Origin: a virus
Taxonomy: Duplodnaviria; Caudoviricetes
Strand: one strand, 5' to 3'
Length of the DNA: 64,000 nt
Virus record (IMG/VR): IMGVR_UViG_3300020463_000001
Location: 1-64,000 of that record
Shown in pieces: positions 43,428-52,277 of the stretch (positions within the stretch are counted from its first letter, which is position 1; the number at the start of each line of letters is the position of its first letter). The translations under genes were made by a program, and so were the position numbers. The notes under the pieces were generated by a model. The model saw nothing but the letters and a program-made list of their open reading frames with translations, made no database searches and was not told the origin of the DNA.

Positions 43428-43684
43428 TGATCAGAAGAATAATAATCTCTGCAGTTGCATTCATCACCCTGACAGGATGCACAACCTCGACTACCAGCGA
43501 TCTCTCCAGATATGGATTTTCGAATATAAGTCCACAAAGAGAGATGCTCGGTAAATGTCTAAGTAAATACGGTATTCAGTACAGAAAAAAGACAGGAAGA
43601 GACTTAGTTTTCATTAACGGATACAGCGTATTTGATTATTGTAGAGTAATAGTAGCTAACACAGATTTCGGTGTTGCTGGTTAA
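43427..43684 (+). CDS. Small lipoprotein
   Basis: LTGC lipobox. Confidence 0.65.
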   Translation: MIRRIIISAVAFITLTGCTTSTTSDLSRYGFSNISPQREMLGKCLSKYGIQYRKKTGRDLVFINGYSVFDYCRVIVANTDFGVAG

Positions 43685-43708
43685 AACTCCATTTTATCTT
43701 CAGAACCG

Positions 43709-43740
43709 CCCCGATTTGGGAGACTGAATCGGGGTTTTTC
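43709..43740 (+). terminator. Rho-independent terminator
   Basis: ccccgatt...aatcgggg followed by ttttt. Confidence 0.75.
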
Positions 43741-43767
43741 TAAAAAATAAAATACTAAATATTTTTC

Positions 43768-44364
43768 ATGTCAAATTTTAATGATAGACTTTTCTACAAA
43801 AGATTGAAATTGATAGAAGCTCCTCACAATATTCTAACGACTAAAGTGAAGAAATTCGATTTTAAATTATACGATGCTCCACAATTAAGCGTGGAGATGA
43901 TAGATATCATGTTATTTCACGCTGGTCGAGGTCTTAGCGCGAACCAACTCAACCTAGACGCTCGAATATTTGTTATGCAGAAAAGTTCTGGCGAATACAT
44001 TACAGCAATTAATCCCAAAATAATATCCAAATCCAAAAAGACTCAATTAGACACGGAAGGCTGTTTGAGTTACCCCAATATATTCTTAGAAATATCTAGA
44101 CCAAAATCTGTCGAAGTAGAGTATTATGACGAACATGAAAACAAAGTAACTGAGTTTTTGGCCGGAATCGATGCAAGATGTTTTCAACATGAATTAGATC
44201 ATTTGAACGGCGTTGTCTATACATCGAAGGTATCCAGTCTGAAACTGCAGAGGGCGAAAAATCGTGCGAAGAAACAAACGAAAAATAATTATACTATAAA
44301 TAATAGTAATATTATGGGGGTTCATAATGGAACTGGATCTAAAAACAGAATTCGAAAAATATAA
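43768..44364 (+). CDS. def: Peptide deformylase
   Basis: GRGLSANQ, EGCLS, QHELDHLNG. Confidence 0.95.
   Translation: MSNFNDRLFYKRLKLIEAPHNILTTKVKKFDFKLYDAPQLSVEMIDIMLFHAGRGLSANQLNLDARIFVMQKSSGEYITAINPKIISKSKKTQLDTEGCLSYPNIFLEISRPKSVEVEYYDEHENKVTEFLAGIDARCFQHELDHLNGVVYTSKVSSLKLQRAKNRAKKQTKNNYTINNSNIMGVHNGTGSKNRIRKI
44295..44302 (+). promoter_or_regulatory. T4 late promoter TATAAATA upstream of the lipase
   Basis: Exact consensus inside the def 3' end. Confidence 0.6.
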
Positions 44365-45121
44365 AACTATCGAAAAGATAGGTGAGTATTCTACATCTGT
44401 CGCTAAACAACTAGCACTCTTTTCAACCCTAGTGTACAAGACTGATAACAAGCACTTTCTAGAGAATGCGTTATCCGGTTACACTAAATCACACTTTAAA
44501 ACTTTTGATAACGATGGTACAGAAGCACTCGTAGTAAAGACTGGAACTTGCATTGTTCTTTCTTTTCGCGGAACTGAACCAACAGAACTCAAAGATATCT
44601 TAGCCGATATCAATATCATTCCAAAAAAATCCGAAGAAAGACAGGGGATTGTCCATAGTGGTTTCGCAGAAGCCCTAGATAAAATTTGGGATGATGTGGA
44701 ACTCTATCTGGACTCAATCCATGCGTCCGGAGATCTGGTCTACATATGCGGTCACAGTCTTGGTGGGGCTCTTGCGACTGTCGCAGCTGCTAGATCGAAG
44801 TATCTTTGTCAAGTGTATACTTATGGCCAACCTAGAGTTGGAAATAGGAAATATGCAAAGAATGTAAAATCAACTATCTACCGTCATGTACAAGGAGCTG
44901 ATATAGTTCCTGCCGTTCCGTTACCTATGCTTTTCTATAGACATATCGGAGACATAAAAGTGGTAGACAAACAGAAAAAAATAGTATACACTACAAAGTC
45001 TTTAATAAATTTTGATTGGATTAGATTTAAACTTATGGTAGGATCAATCTTTTCCAAAATACCGTTAATGTCATTGGTCAAAGACCACAACATAACGGAT
45101 TATTATGATAATATTGCATAA
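44327..45121 (+). CDS. Class 3 lipase (alpha/beta hydrolase)
   Basis: SFRGTE, VHSGF, CGHSLGGALA, YTYGQPRVG, DIVPAVP, C-terminal DH. Confidence 0.92.
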   Translation: MELDLKTEFEKYKTIEKIGEYSTSVAKQLALFSTLVYKTDNKHFLENALSGYTKSHFKTFDNDGTEALVVKTGTCIVLSFRGTEPTELKDILADINIIPKKSEERQGIVHSGFAEALDKIWDDVELYLDSIHASGDLVYICGHSLGGALATVAAARSKYLCQVYTYGQPRVGNRKYAKNVKSTIYRHVQGADIVPAVPLPMLFYRHIGDIKVVDKQKKIVYTTKSLINFDWIRFKLMVGSIFSKIPLMSLVKDHNITDYYDNIA

Positions 45122-45129
45122 GGAATAAT

Positions 45130-45372
45130 ATGCCAACATACACTTATATTTGCAATTCATGTAATTATAGATTTGAGAAAATGCTGAAAATATCCGAAAG
45201 AAAAAGACCTCTACAGGAACCATGTGAAACGTGCGGAGAAAATACAGTATCTCAAACTATATTGCAAGTGAATGTCGGCGATCCGATTGCATTAGGTGTC
45301 AAGAAGATACCAAAAGACTTTAAAGAAGGAGTTTTAGATAAAGCCAGAAAAGTGCCAGGCGCTGCGATTTGA
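45130..45372 (+). CDS. FmdB-family zinc-ribbon protein
   Basis: MPTYTYICNSC ... PCETCG. Confidence 0.85.
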   Translation: MPTYTYICNSCNYRFEKMLKISERKRPLQEPCETCGENTVSQTILQVNVGDPIALGVKKIPKDFKEGVLDKARKVPGAAI

Positions 45373-45382
45373 GTTTTACATT

Positions 45383-46129
45383 ATGGAATATTATGGGATG
45401 GTGCTTAACACAAGGAGCCATTTCATGGGTAAACATAGAAGGAAAACTGCGAGGTTCGCATTGAACGAGTCACACTTTAATTTAGTTGACATTCATCCAA
45501 TGACCGCGAATCAGAGCAGAGTATTTGAAGACTTTGAAGACGGAAAACACCTGTTTTTACATGGTGTCGCTGGAACAGGAAAGACTTACATTTCATTGTA
45601 TCTAGCATCAAGAGAACTATTTGACTTAGGCCCGAGATATAAAAATTTAAGCATAGTAAGGAGTATTGTACCTACAAGAGATATCGGGTTTTTGCCAGGC
45701 TCGGAAGAACAAAAGATGGAAGTCTATGAGTCTCCATATAAATCAATCTTCTCTGATTTATTTTGCAGAGGGGATGCGTACCAACTACTGAAAAAGAAGG
45801 GTGCGATTAATTTCATGACTACCTCATTCATCAGGGGAGTCACATTAAACGACACCATCATTTTAGTAGATGAGTGTCAGAATATGAATTTCCATGAGTT
45901 GGATTCAATTATTACGAGATTAGGAAAGAATTGTAGAATTATATTTTGTGGCGATTTCAGACAAAGCGATTTCACCAAAACAAATGATAAGGATGGCATA
46001 CTACAATTCATGAATATTATGAAGAACATGACGGATGTAGGATTTACAGAATTCGAAGAACACGATATTGTGAGAAGTTGTTTTGTTAAATCCTATATAC
46101 TCAATAAATTGCAGGCTGGAATAGTCTAA
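45383..46129 (+). CDS. phoH: PhoH-family ATPase
   Basis: GVAGTGKT, GFLPG...K, FIRGVTL, DECQN, RLGKNCRIIFCGD..QSD, DIVRS; likely start at 45426. Confidence 0.93.
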   Translation: MEYYGMVLNTRSHFMGKHRRKTARFALNESHFNLVDIHPMTANQSRVFEDFEDGKHLFLHGVAGTGKTYISLYLASRELFDLGPRYKNLSIVRSIVPTRDIGFLPGSEEQKMEVYESPYKSIFSDLFCRGDAYQLLKKKGAINFMTTSFIRGVTLNDTIILVDECQNMNFHELDSIITRLGKNCRIIFCGDFRQSDFTKTNDKDGILQFMNIMKNMTDVGFTEFEEHDIVRSCFVKSYILNKLQAGIV

Positions 46130-46139
46130 GGAGTTACCG

Positions 46140-46466
46140 ATGGGCGATTTAGTAGATGCAAGAGATGTATTCGCGGTTAGGAAACATATCAACGCAAAAG
46201 ATTTGGAAGGTATTCAGAATTATATGAAAGCAGAGGAATATTCTAGAAATATATCTCATAGTCTGATGGAGAATATCATAGACGCAATTGATCAGTCTGG
46301 ATTTAATATATCAGAAAGAAAAATGCTAGATGATTTGACGTTTATTAGTATGGCAATAACTGCCAGTCTGGATAGACAGTTAGGTGTGGATAATCAATTT
46401 TACGAACATATCGGAAAAATGATTAAGAAAATTAAGTCTGAGATAGTTAAGGCTGAAATAAAATAA
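46140..46466 (+). CDS. Hypothetical protein
   Basis: AAGGAG RBS. Confidence 0.7.
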   Translation: MGDLVDARDVFAVRKHINAKDLEGIQNYMKAEEYSRNISHSLMENIIDAIDQSGFNISERKMLDDLTFISMAITASLDRQLGVDNQFYEHIGKMIKKIKSEIVKAEIK

Positions 46467-46479
46467 GGAGGCACATAAC

Positions 46480-46524
46480 ATGAATTGCAAATGCTGCGAA
46501 TGTTGTAATTGTGATTGTTGTTAG
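46480..46524 (+). CDS. 14-aa Cys-rich micropeptide MNCKCCECCNCDCC (metallothionein-like)
   Basis: Perfect TAAGGAGG RBS 8 nt upstream; fills the gap between two genes; 8 of 14 residues are Cys. Confidence 0.65.
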   Translation: MNCKCCECCNCDCC

Positions 46525-46531
46525 ATAAATT

Positions 46532-47254
46532 ATGTTTAATCATGTGGAGTTTGAGTCTGATGACTTTGAACTTAAAACTGTGAATGAAGATGGAAAAAGA
46601 TGGTATGTTACTGATAGTGGTGGGAGATATCCATCCATCACTACAGTAATTTCTTACTTTAGTAAGGCCGCCATCATGGCGTGGAGAAAACGAGTCGGAG
46701 AAGCAGAGGCAAATAAAGTCTCTCTCAAAGCATCTCGTAGAGGAACCAACGTCCACTTAATGTGCGAAGACTATATTAACAATCTTCCTACAAAAAAAGA
46801 AGCGATGCCAAGTGACTTAGAAATGTTTCATATTATGAAACCAGTCCTTGACGAAAGAATTGGAAATGTCTACGCTCAAGAGTATGCGATGTATTCCGAT
46901 CATCTGGGAATAGCAGGACGATGTGACTGTATTGCGGAATTCGATGGTAAACTGTCCATCATAGATTTTAAAACGTCTAAGAGACCTCTCAGTGCGTTTG
47001 GTGGAGAGAAATTAGACAAGTATCTGAGACAGGCCTCGGGGTATGCAGTGATGTTTGAAGAACGAACTAAAATACCTGTTTCTCAGGTCGTTATTATCGC
47101 TGCAGTAGATAATGAATTACATCCGGAAGTTCATGTCTCAAAAAGAGACAAACATATCGGAGATTTGATTGGAATGATTGATGAATATTATGTCAAAAAT
47201 GGTCTGACAAATAATAATAACCATCAATTAAAAAAAGGAATAATTGGGAAGTAA
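46532..47254 (+). CDS. PD-(D/E)xK exonuclease conserved in T4-like marine phages
   Basis: RYPSITTV, RGTNVH...E.Y, AGRCDCIAEFDG, IIDFKTS, Q.SGYA. Confidence 0.85.
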   Translation: MFNHVEFESDDFELKTVNEDGKRWYVTDSGGRYPSITTVISYFSKAAIMAWRKRVGEAEANKVSLKASRRGTNVHLMCEDYINNLPTKKEAMPSDLEMFHIMKPVLDERIGNVYAQEYAMYSDHLGIAGRCDCIAEFDGKLSIIDFKTSKRPLSAFGGEKLDKYLRQASGYAVMFEERTKIPVSQVVIIAAVDNELHPEVHVSKRDKHIGDLIGMIDEYYVKNGLTNNNNHQLKKGIIGK

Positions 47255-47321
47255 TGATTTCCAAATATTCCTCATTTATTTCACGGTTTTTTGACGAAAA
47301 TCGGAAGGTGAGGTACTAAAT

Positions 47322-47567
47322 ATGTGGGTATGGTTAATTCAAGCTATCGCTGGAAGTATAATCGGAAGTGCTACAAGCAGTTGGTTTCAGAACACTGCAG
47401 CAGGGAAATGGTTCTTTGCAAAAGTATCTTCACTATACGACTGGGCCGCAGTGCGGTATAATTTAAAAGTCTTGGACGCAGAAGATACATGGAGAAAAAA
47501 GTATCCAAATGTTTCTGCTAAAATGGACGAATTAGAAAGTAGATTGGAGGCGCTAGAAGAAAAATAA
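47322..47567 (+). CDS. Small membrane-associated protein
   Basis: Hydrophobic N-terminus; GAGG RBS. Confidence 0.65.
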   Translation: MWVWLIQAIAGSIIGSATSSWFQNTAAGKWFFAKVSSLYDWAAVRYNLKVLDAEDTWRKKYPNVSAKMDELESRLEALEEK

Positions 47568-47590
47568 TTCACAAATTAAGGACACTCACA

Positions 47591-47821
47591 GTGGAAAACT
47601 ACAGACAACTTCAAGCAAGTCTAACAGACCTCAATTGGGATGGAGAAGATTACGAAGAGACTGTCGTGATATTTCCGACAGAACGCAATATCAAATCCGT
47701 AAAATCGATAACATCAGATTATACTAAATACTTTGATGTGATTAAGAACGCTGTGAGAAACTCCGCCTCGGTGAATTATGATCCAGACCTAGAGCCTATC
47801 GCAGTCTTATCTACAAACTAA
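47591..47821 (+). CDS. Hypothetical protein
   Basis: ORF track. Confidence 0.55.
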   Translation: MENYRQLQASLTDLNWDGEDYEETVVIFPTERNIKSVKSITSDYTKYFDVIKNAVRNSASVNYDPDLEPIAVLSTN

Positions 47822-47832
47822 TGTAGAACTTA

Positions 47833-47861
47833 TTGACAAACCCTTCGTTATGTTATATAAT
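47833..47861 (+). promoter_or_regulatory. sigma70-type promoter
   Basis: TTGACA-17-TATAAT perfect. Confidence 0.85.
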
Positions 47862-47897
47862 TGTTGAGTTATTTAACATAGCACAGGAATATTGCAT

Positions 47898-48440
47898 ATG
47901 AAATTTACGCTTCTGTTTGCCGTGGCGTTGGGAATATTTACACCCAATAAAGTGGCTACTAGTGTTCTGGATAGAGATGCATCAATTGAAGAAGAAGTTC
48001 GATGTCTTGCAGAGAACGTCTACTTTGAATCAAGAAATGAGAGTGTTATGGGACAAATCGCTGTCGCATATGTTACTCTCAATCGTGTTTTTGCACCAAA
48101 ACATCCAGACACTATTTGTGGCGTAGTCCGTCAGGGAGAATACAAAGAATCTTGGAAAACTAGGGCAACCAAAGATCCAAATGATGCGGTATTCATCCCT
48201 GTAAAGGACAGATGTCAATTTTCTTGGTACTGTGATGGTAAATCTGACAAAATACTTGATTTGACTGCATGGAAAAGTGCAGTCAATGTAGCCGCAATGG
48301 TTACAGTCGAGTACGGATCAGAACGACATAGTGATCCTACAGACGGAGCATTATGGTATCATGCAGACTATGTTCAATCCAAATTCCATTCTAAGTTGGT
48401 CTATACCACTAAGATTGGAACTCACATATTCTACCGATAG
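47898..48440 (+). CDS. SleB/Hydrolase_2 cell-wall hydrolase
   Basis: CLAENVYFESRNE, GQIAVAYVTLNRV, CQFSWYCDG, DPTDGALWYHA, IGTHIFY. Confidence 0.92.
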   Translation: MKFTLLFAVALGIFTPNKVATSVLDRDASIEEEVRCLAENVYFESRNESVMGQIAVAYVTLNRVFAPKHPDTICGVVRQGEYKESWKTRATKDPNDAVFIPVKDRCQFSWYCDGKSDKILDLTAWKSAVNVAAMVTVEYGSERHSDPTDGALWYHADYVQSKFHSKLVYTTKIGTHIFYR

Positions 48441-48452
48441 GAAAAAACTAGT

Positions 48453-48677
48453 ATGCTAAAGACTATGACTCAGAAAGAGTTCAGCGAAGAAATTGAAAAG
48501 TATGTAAAAATATCAAGAGAATCTTACATGGATTCCGTTATTATGTATTGTAAAGAGAATGATATGGACTATGAGAATATTAATTCTCTTATGAGTACGG
48601 TACTCAAACAAAAAATACAATTTGAGGCGGAAAACCTCAACATGATGGCAAAAACTGCTAATCAATTACCCCTGTGA
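48453..48677 (+). CDS. 33: gp33 late-transcription co-activator
   Basis: FSEEIE...YMDSVI.YC.EN......L.QKIQFEAENLNM. Confidence 0.9.
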   Translation: MLKTMTQKEFSEEIEKYVKISRESYMDSVIMYCKENDMDYENINSLMSTVLKQKIQFEAENLNMMAKTANQLPL

Positions 48678-49378
48678 GGTCGGGTCTGGTCATGGCCAGC
48701 AGAAAAATGGATGATTTTGAATGTTATAAGATGTTTATAGCAATGAAAAATCATTTCTCCACAAAAAACGACTCCTATGATTACATAAAATATCGTGGAA
48801 GAGTCTCTATACCCGAAAATACCTACCTAAAACGAAAAGATCGTGCGATTTTCAAGGATTTGAGTAAAAAATACACTCGCAAAGAGTTGGAAAATTACTT
48901 TTTATCTGTATTTCTGTCTTCTAACGAAAATGGAACAGCAATTGCGAGAGGAGAATTCTTGAATTCTTCGGATTTACTCTCAGAAGAGACTCAAGATTAC
49001 TATAAACTCTGGAAAACGAGAAATCAGAGTCTTTCGTATCTGTTTGAGGAAGATTTTGGTAAAATTATGGACTCTGCTTTGGAAAATCAGTTAAATTTTA
49101 ACGAAATTTTCGAATGTATCGACGGAGATTATCCTTTGGTCATGCAAATGGAACGTAGAGGATTGATTTCTATTGAAACATTAGTGATTTTAGACAAAAT
49201 TCTCGATTTTTTGGACAATGTTAAGATACAGGATACGATATACTGGCCAATATACAAACGAAAGTGTAAAAAGTACTCAGGATTTTTAGTCATAAATAAT
49301 AAAACCTATACTAAAAAGGTGAGGAAAATACTAATAGAAGATTATTACGAAGAGTATGGTAAATCACTAGAGAAGTAA
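48674..49378 (+). CDS. 59: gp59 helicase loader
   Basis: CYKMFIAMKNHF...YDYIKYRG, KRKDR..F, ISIETLVILD. Confidence 0.9.
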   Translation: MRSGLVMASRKMDDFECYKMFIAMKNHFSTKNDSYDYIKYRGRVSIPENTYLKRKDRAIFKDLSKKYTRKELENYFLSVFLSSNENGTAIARGEFLNSSDLLSEETQDYYKLWKTRNQSLSYLFEEDFGKIMDSALENQLNFNEIFECIDGDYPLVMQMERRGLISIETLVILDKILDFLDNVKIQDTIYWPIYKRKCKKYSGFLVINNKTYTKKVRKILIEDYYEEYGKSLEK

Positions 49379-49379
49379 A

Positions 49380-50720
49380 ATGCATTTAGCAGTAATTACA
49401 CTTTTGTCGGCACTTGCAATCAGTGGAGTCGCCGCTTATTATTCTATATTTGGATTGGCAAAGATATTTTCTGCAGCCGTTCTTCCAATTATCATTATGG
49501 GTGTTGTTCTTGAGGTAGGTAAACTCGTAACTGCATCTTGGTTATACCGAAACTGGAAAACTTGTCCATTATTGCTCAAGAGTTACTTTGTAAGTGCGGT
49601 AGTAGTCTTGATGTTCATAACATCTATGGGCATATTCGGGTTCTTATCGTCTGCACACATAGAACAGACATTAGGGAATCAAGAGAATCAATCTAAGATA
49701 CTCAGAGTAGAAGAAGAAATTCAACGGACAGATTATCTTATTGACGCATCCGAGGCAAAGATAAAAGATCTAGAGACTGCGGACATAGATTTCTCTGATG
49801 GGATACAGAGTCAAATAGATAGAGAACAACAACGAATCGATACCGCATATGAACGTGCGGATCCCCAAATAAAATCTCAAATGGCTATTATCGAAAGAGA
49901 GAATGAGATAATCGAAAATAGAGTCAAACCCTACAGAGATGAAATTGCAAATATCGATTCTCGCGTAGAACAACTAGACGAAGCCATAAAAGAGAATAAC
50001 GTAAGAATAATCCAAAGAATTGTCGGTACTATTGTTGATGGTTCTTATGGAGAAGAAACTGCATCTAAAGTAGACTATTTCAGAGATCAACAATTAGAAG
50101 AAAGAGACAAACTTCTGGAAAAAATTGACGAACTAAGAAACAAGGATAATCAAAATGTAGACTCCGCAATGGATCAAATTGCAGATATAAGAGAAACTGT
50201 GCGTCAGGAGATAACTGACTCCAATGCTCTCATACAACGTCTTAGATCGCAACTGGGTGCGCCTGTGAACGATAATAAATTAGAGTTGGTTGCAGAACAA
50301 AGAAATATTATAGATACCTTAGAAGACAAACTGGACGATCTGAACCTAGAAAAATTTGATCTGGAAACCAGTTATCGACAACTGGAAGCAGAAGTCGGGC
50401 CAATTAAGTATATTGCAGAACTTGCTATTGGGAATAACGCATCAGAAGAAGCATTAGAGAACGCAGTCAAGTGGATAATACTTCTTATCGTATTTGTATT
50501 TGATCCTCTTGCGGTACTTCTTTTGATTGCCGCGAATATGAACTTGGTGCAAGTTAAGAATGCAAAACTCGTAGAAGGGGGCATACTTGCCCATGTTCCA
50601 GATTTTGATGATGCGGAAAATGTACTAATGAAAACCTCTGATGGATGGCAGAGGCTTGATAGAACAGAGAAACGTCGAAGAGATCTCAACGAAACTTTGA
50701 AAGAAAATAAAGAAACTTAA
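49380..50720 (+). CDS. Membrane-anchored long coiled-coil protein conserved in T4-like marine phages
   Basis: ISGVAAYYSIFGLAKIF, LEVGKLVTASWLY, EAEVGPIKYIA, VFDPLAVLLL. Confidence 0.75.
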   Translation: MHLAVITLLSALAISGVAAYYSIFGLAKIFSAAVLPIIIMGVVLEVGKLVTASWLYRNWKTCPLLLKSYFVSAVVVLMFITSMGIFGFLSSAHIEQTLGNQENQSKILRVEEEIQRTDYLIDASEAKIKDLETADIDFSDGIQSQIDREQQRIDTAYERADPQIKSQMAIIERENEIIENRVKPYRDEIANIDSRVEQLDEAIKENNVRIIQRIVGTIVDGSYGEETASKVDYFRDQQLEERDKLLEKIDELRNKDNQNVDSAMDQIADIRETVRQEITDSNALIQRLRSQLGAPVNDNKLELVAEQRNIIDTLEDKLDDLNLEKFDLETSYRQLEAEVGPIKYIAELAIGNNASEEALENAVKWIILLIVFVFDPLAVLLLIAANMNLVQVKNAKLVEGGILAHVPDFDDAENVLMKTSDGWQRLDRTEKRRRDLNETLKENKET

Positions 50721-50734
50721 GGAGAAATTATATT

Positions 50735-50959
50735 ATGCCAATAAAATATCAGAAAAGCGCGACAAACGTGAATCGACAAACAAAAAAGAAAACAATAAAA
50801 CATTATTATATGAAGAGCCTCAGCAAAGATGAGGTTTTGGACAAATACTATACAGCAAATAAACCGAAACTAAAACAAAAATTCCGAAATGAGTTAATCT
50901 CAAAGCGGGGTTTCACACAAGAATCTCTTCAACTTGCGGAAGCAAGTAGGGATAATTAG
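50735..50959 (+). CDS. Small basic hypothetical protein
   Basis: AAGGAG RBS. Confidence 0.7.
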   Translation: MPIKYQKSATNVNRQTKKKTIKHYYMKSLSKDEVLDKYYTANKPKLKQKFRNELISKRGFTQESLQLAEASRDN

Positions 50960-50962
50960 TAG

Positions 50963-50991
50963 TTGACAAACCAATATTACTTTGGTATGAT
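50963..50991 (+). promoter_or_regulatory. sigma70-type promoter for gene 32
   Basis: TTGACA-17-TATGAT. Confidence 0.8.
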
Positions 50992-51053
50992 ACTACACAA
51001 TATCATAATGATGATATTAACATACAAAAATACTACGAATATAAGGAAATATA

Positions 51054-51959
51054 ATGTCGAATGCATTCGCAAAACTCAAAAAAGGAAAGGACTTCAGCAA
51101 GCTCACTGCTGAGTTAGAGAAGATCCAATCCCCCCAACAAACTTCTTCCAACAGGGATGATCGTTTCTGGAAGCCAACTACAGACAAAACCGGAAATGGT
51201 TATGCTGTAATCCGTTTCTTGCCGCCTCCTGCGGATGAAGATTTGCCTTGGGTTCGCGTCTTTACTCATGGGTTCAAAGGCCCAGGCGGTTGGTTCATTG
51301 AGAACTCTTTGACAACCTTGGGTAAGAAGTGCCCTGTCAGTGAAGCAAACACTGAATTGTGGAACACTGGAACTACGGAAAACCAAAACCTTGCGAGAGA
51401 ACGCAAGCGTAAGTTGAAGTATTTCTCAAACATCTATGTGGTGAGTGATCCCGCTCATCCAGAAAATGAAGGTAAGGTATTCTTATACCAGTTTGGTAAA
51501 AAGATCTTTGATAAGGTCTCTGACATCATGCAGCCTGCGTTTGAGGATGAAGAACCTACAAACCCATTTGATTTATGGGAAGGTGCGAACTTCAAGTTGA
51601 AGATTCGAACTGTAGACGGTTATATCAACTATGACAAGTCTGAGTTTGACTCTGTTAGTGCATTGTCTGATGATGATGAGGAATTAGAAGCAGTTTTTAA
51701 CAAAGAGTATTCTTTGCAAGAGTTTGTTTCTCCTGATTCATTCAAGACTTATGAACAGTTAAAGGAACGTCTTGATAGAGTTCTTGGTACTGTATCTGTG
51801 ACTAGGACTGCTGCAGAGGATATGGTTGAAGACACAATGGAAGTTCCATTCGCTGTCGAAACTCCGGCTCCTGCTCCTGCTAGGGAAAAGGTCGCAACCA
51901 TAGAAGATGAGGAAGATGATGCCTTATCTTACTTTGAGAAGTTAGCAAACGAGGATTAA
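51054..51959 (+). CDS. 32: gp32 ssDNA-binding protein
   Basis: DDRFWKP..DK.GNGYAVIRFLP, WFIENSLTT, YQFGKKIFDK, NYDKSEF, acidic tail. Confidence 0.97.
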   Translation: MSNAFAKLKKGKDFSKLTAELEKIQSPQQTSSNRDDRFWKPTTDKTGNGYAVIRFLPPPADEDLPWVRVFTHGFKGPGGWFIENSLTTLGKKCPVSEANTELWNTGTTENQNLARERKRKLKYFSNIYVVSDPAHPENEGKVFLYQFGKKIFDKVSDIMQPAFEDEEPTNPFDLWEGANFKLKIRTVDGYINYDKSEFDSVSALSDDDEELEAVFNKEYSLQEFVSPDSFKTYEQLKERLDRVLGTVSVTRTAAEDMVEDTMEVPFAVETPAPAPAREKVATIEDEEDDALSYFEKLANED

Positions 51960-51968
51960 TATCTCTCA

Positions 51969-51998
51969 GGGGCGAGGAAACTCGCCCCATTCTTTCTT
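51969..51998 (+). terminator. Rho-independent terminator (GAAA loop)
   Basis: ggggcgag-gaaa-ctcgcccc followed by attctttctt. Confidence 0.75.
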
Positions 51999-52000
51999 GC

Positions 52001-52085
52001 GGCGGGGTTCCCGAGCGGTCAAAGGGATCAGACTGTAAATCTGACGGCTATGCCTTCGAAGGTTCGAATCCTTCCCCCGCCACCA
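52001..52085 (+). tRNA. trnY: tRNA-Tyr(GTA)
   Basis: GGCGGGG/CCCCGCC, TCAGA-CTGTAAA-TCTGA, long variable arm, TTCGAAT, CCA. Confidence 0.96.
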
Positions 52086-52087
52086 TC

Positions 52088-52267
52088 TTATCCCTTCTTA
52101 TAAATCTTATAAGCACCATACAGAATCGCTGCGTATGCAATGTACGCAACAATAGATTTAACAAACAATACTGCAACGCCGGCGGCGATTAATACTGCTC
52201 CATCCCATGTAGAAGCTTCTCCTACTTTCTCTTTCAGTTTTGCTTTTAGATATTCTAATTGTAACAT
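52088..52267 (-). CDS. Small membrane protein (EASTWDGAVLIA)
   Basis: Start moved to ATG 52267 (AAGGAG RBS); two TMs. Confidence 0.7.
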   Translation of the reverse strand: MLQLEYLKAKLKEKVGEASTWDGAVLIAAGVAVLFVKSIVAYIAYAAILYGAYKIYKKG

Positions 52268-52277
52268 AAGATTCTCC

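Noticed and set aside
48453-51959. Introns, inteins or homing endonucleases in core genes 33, 59 and 32
   Set aside because: ORFs are uninterrupted and of expected length; no LAGLIDADG, HNH or GIY-YIG motifs seen.
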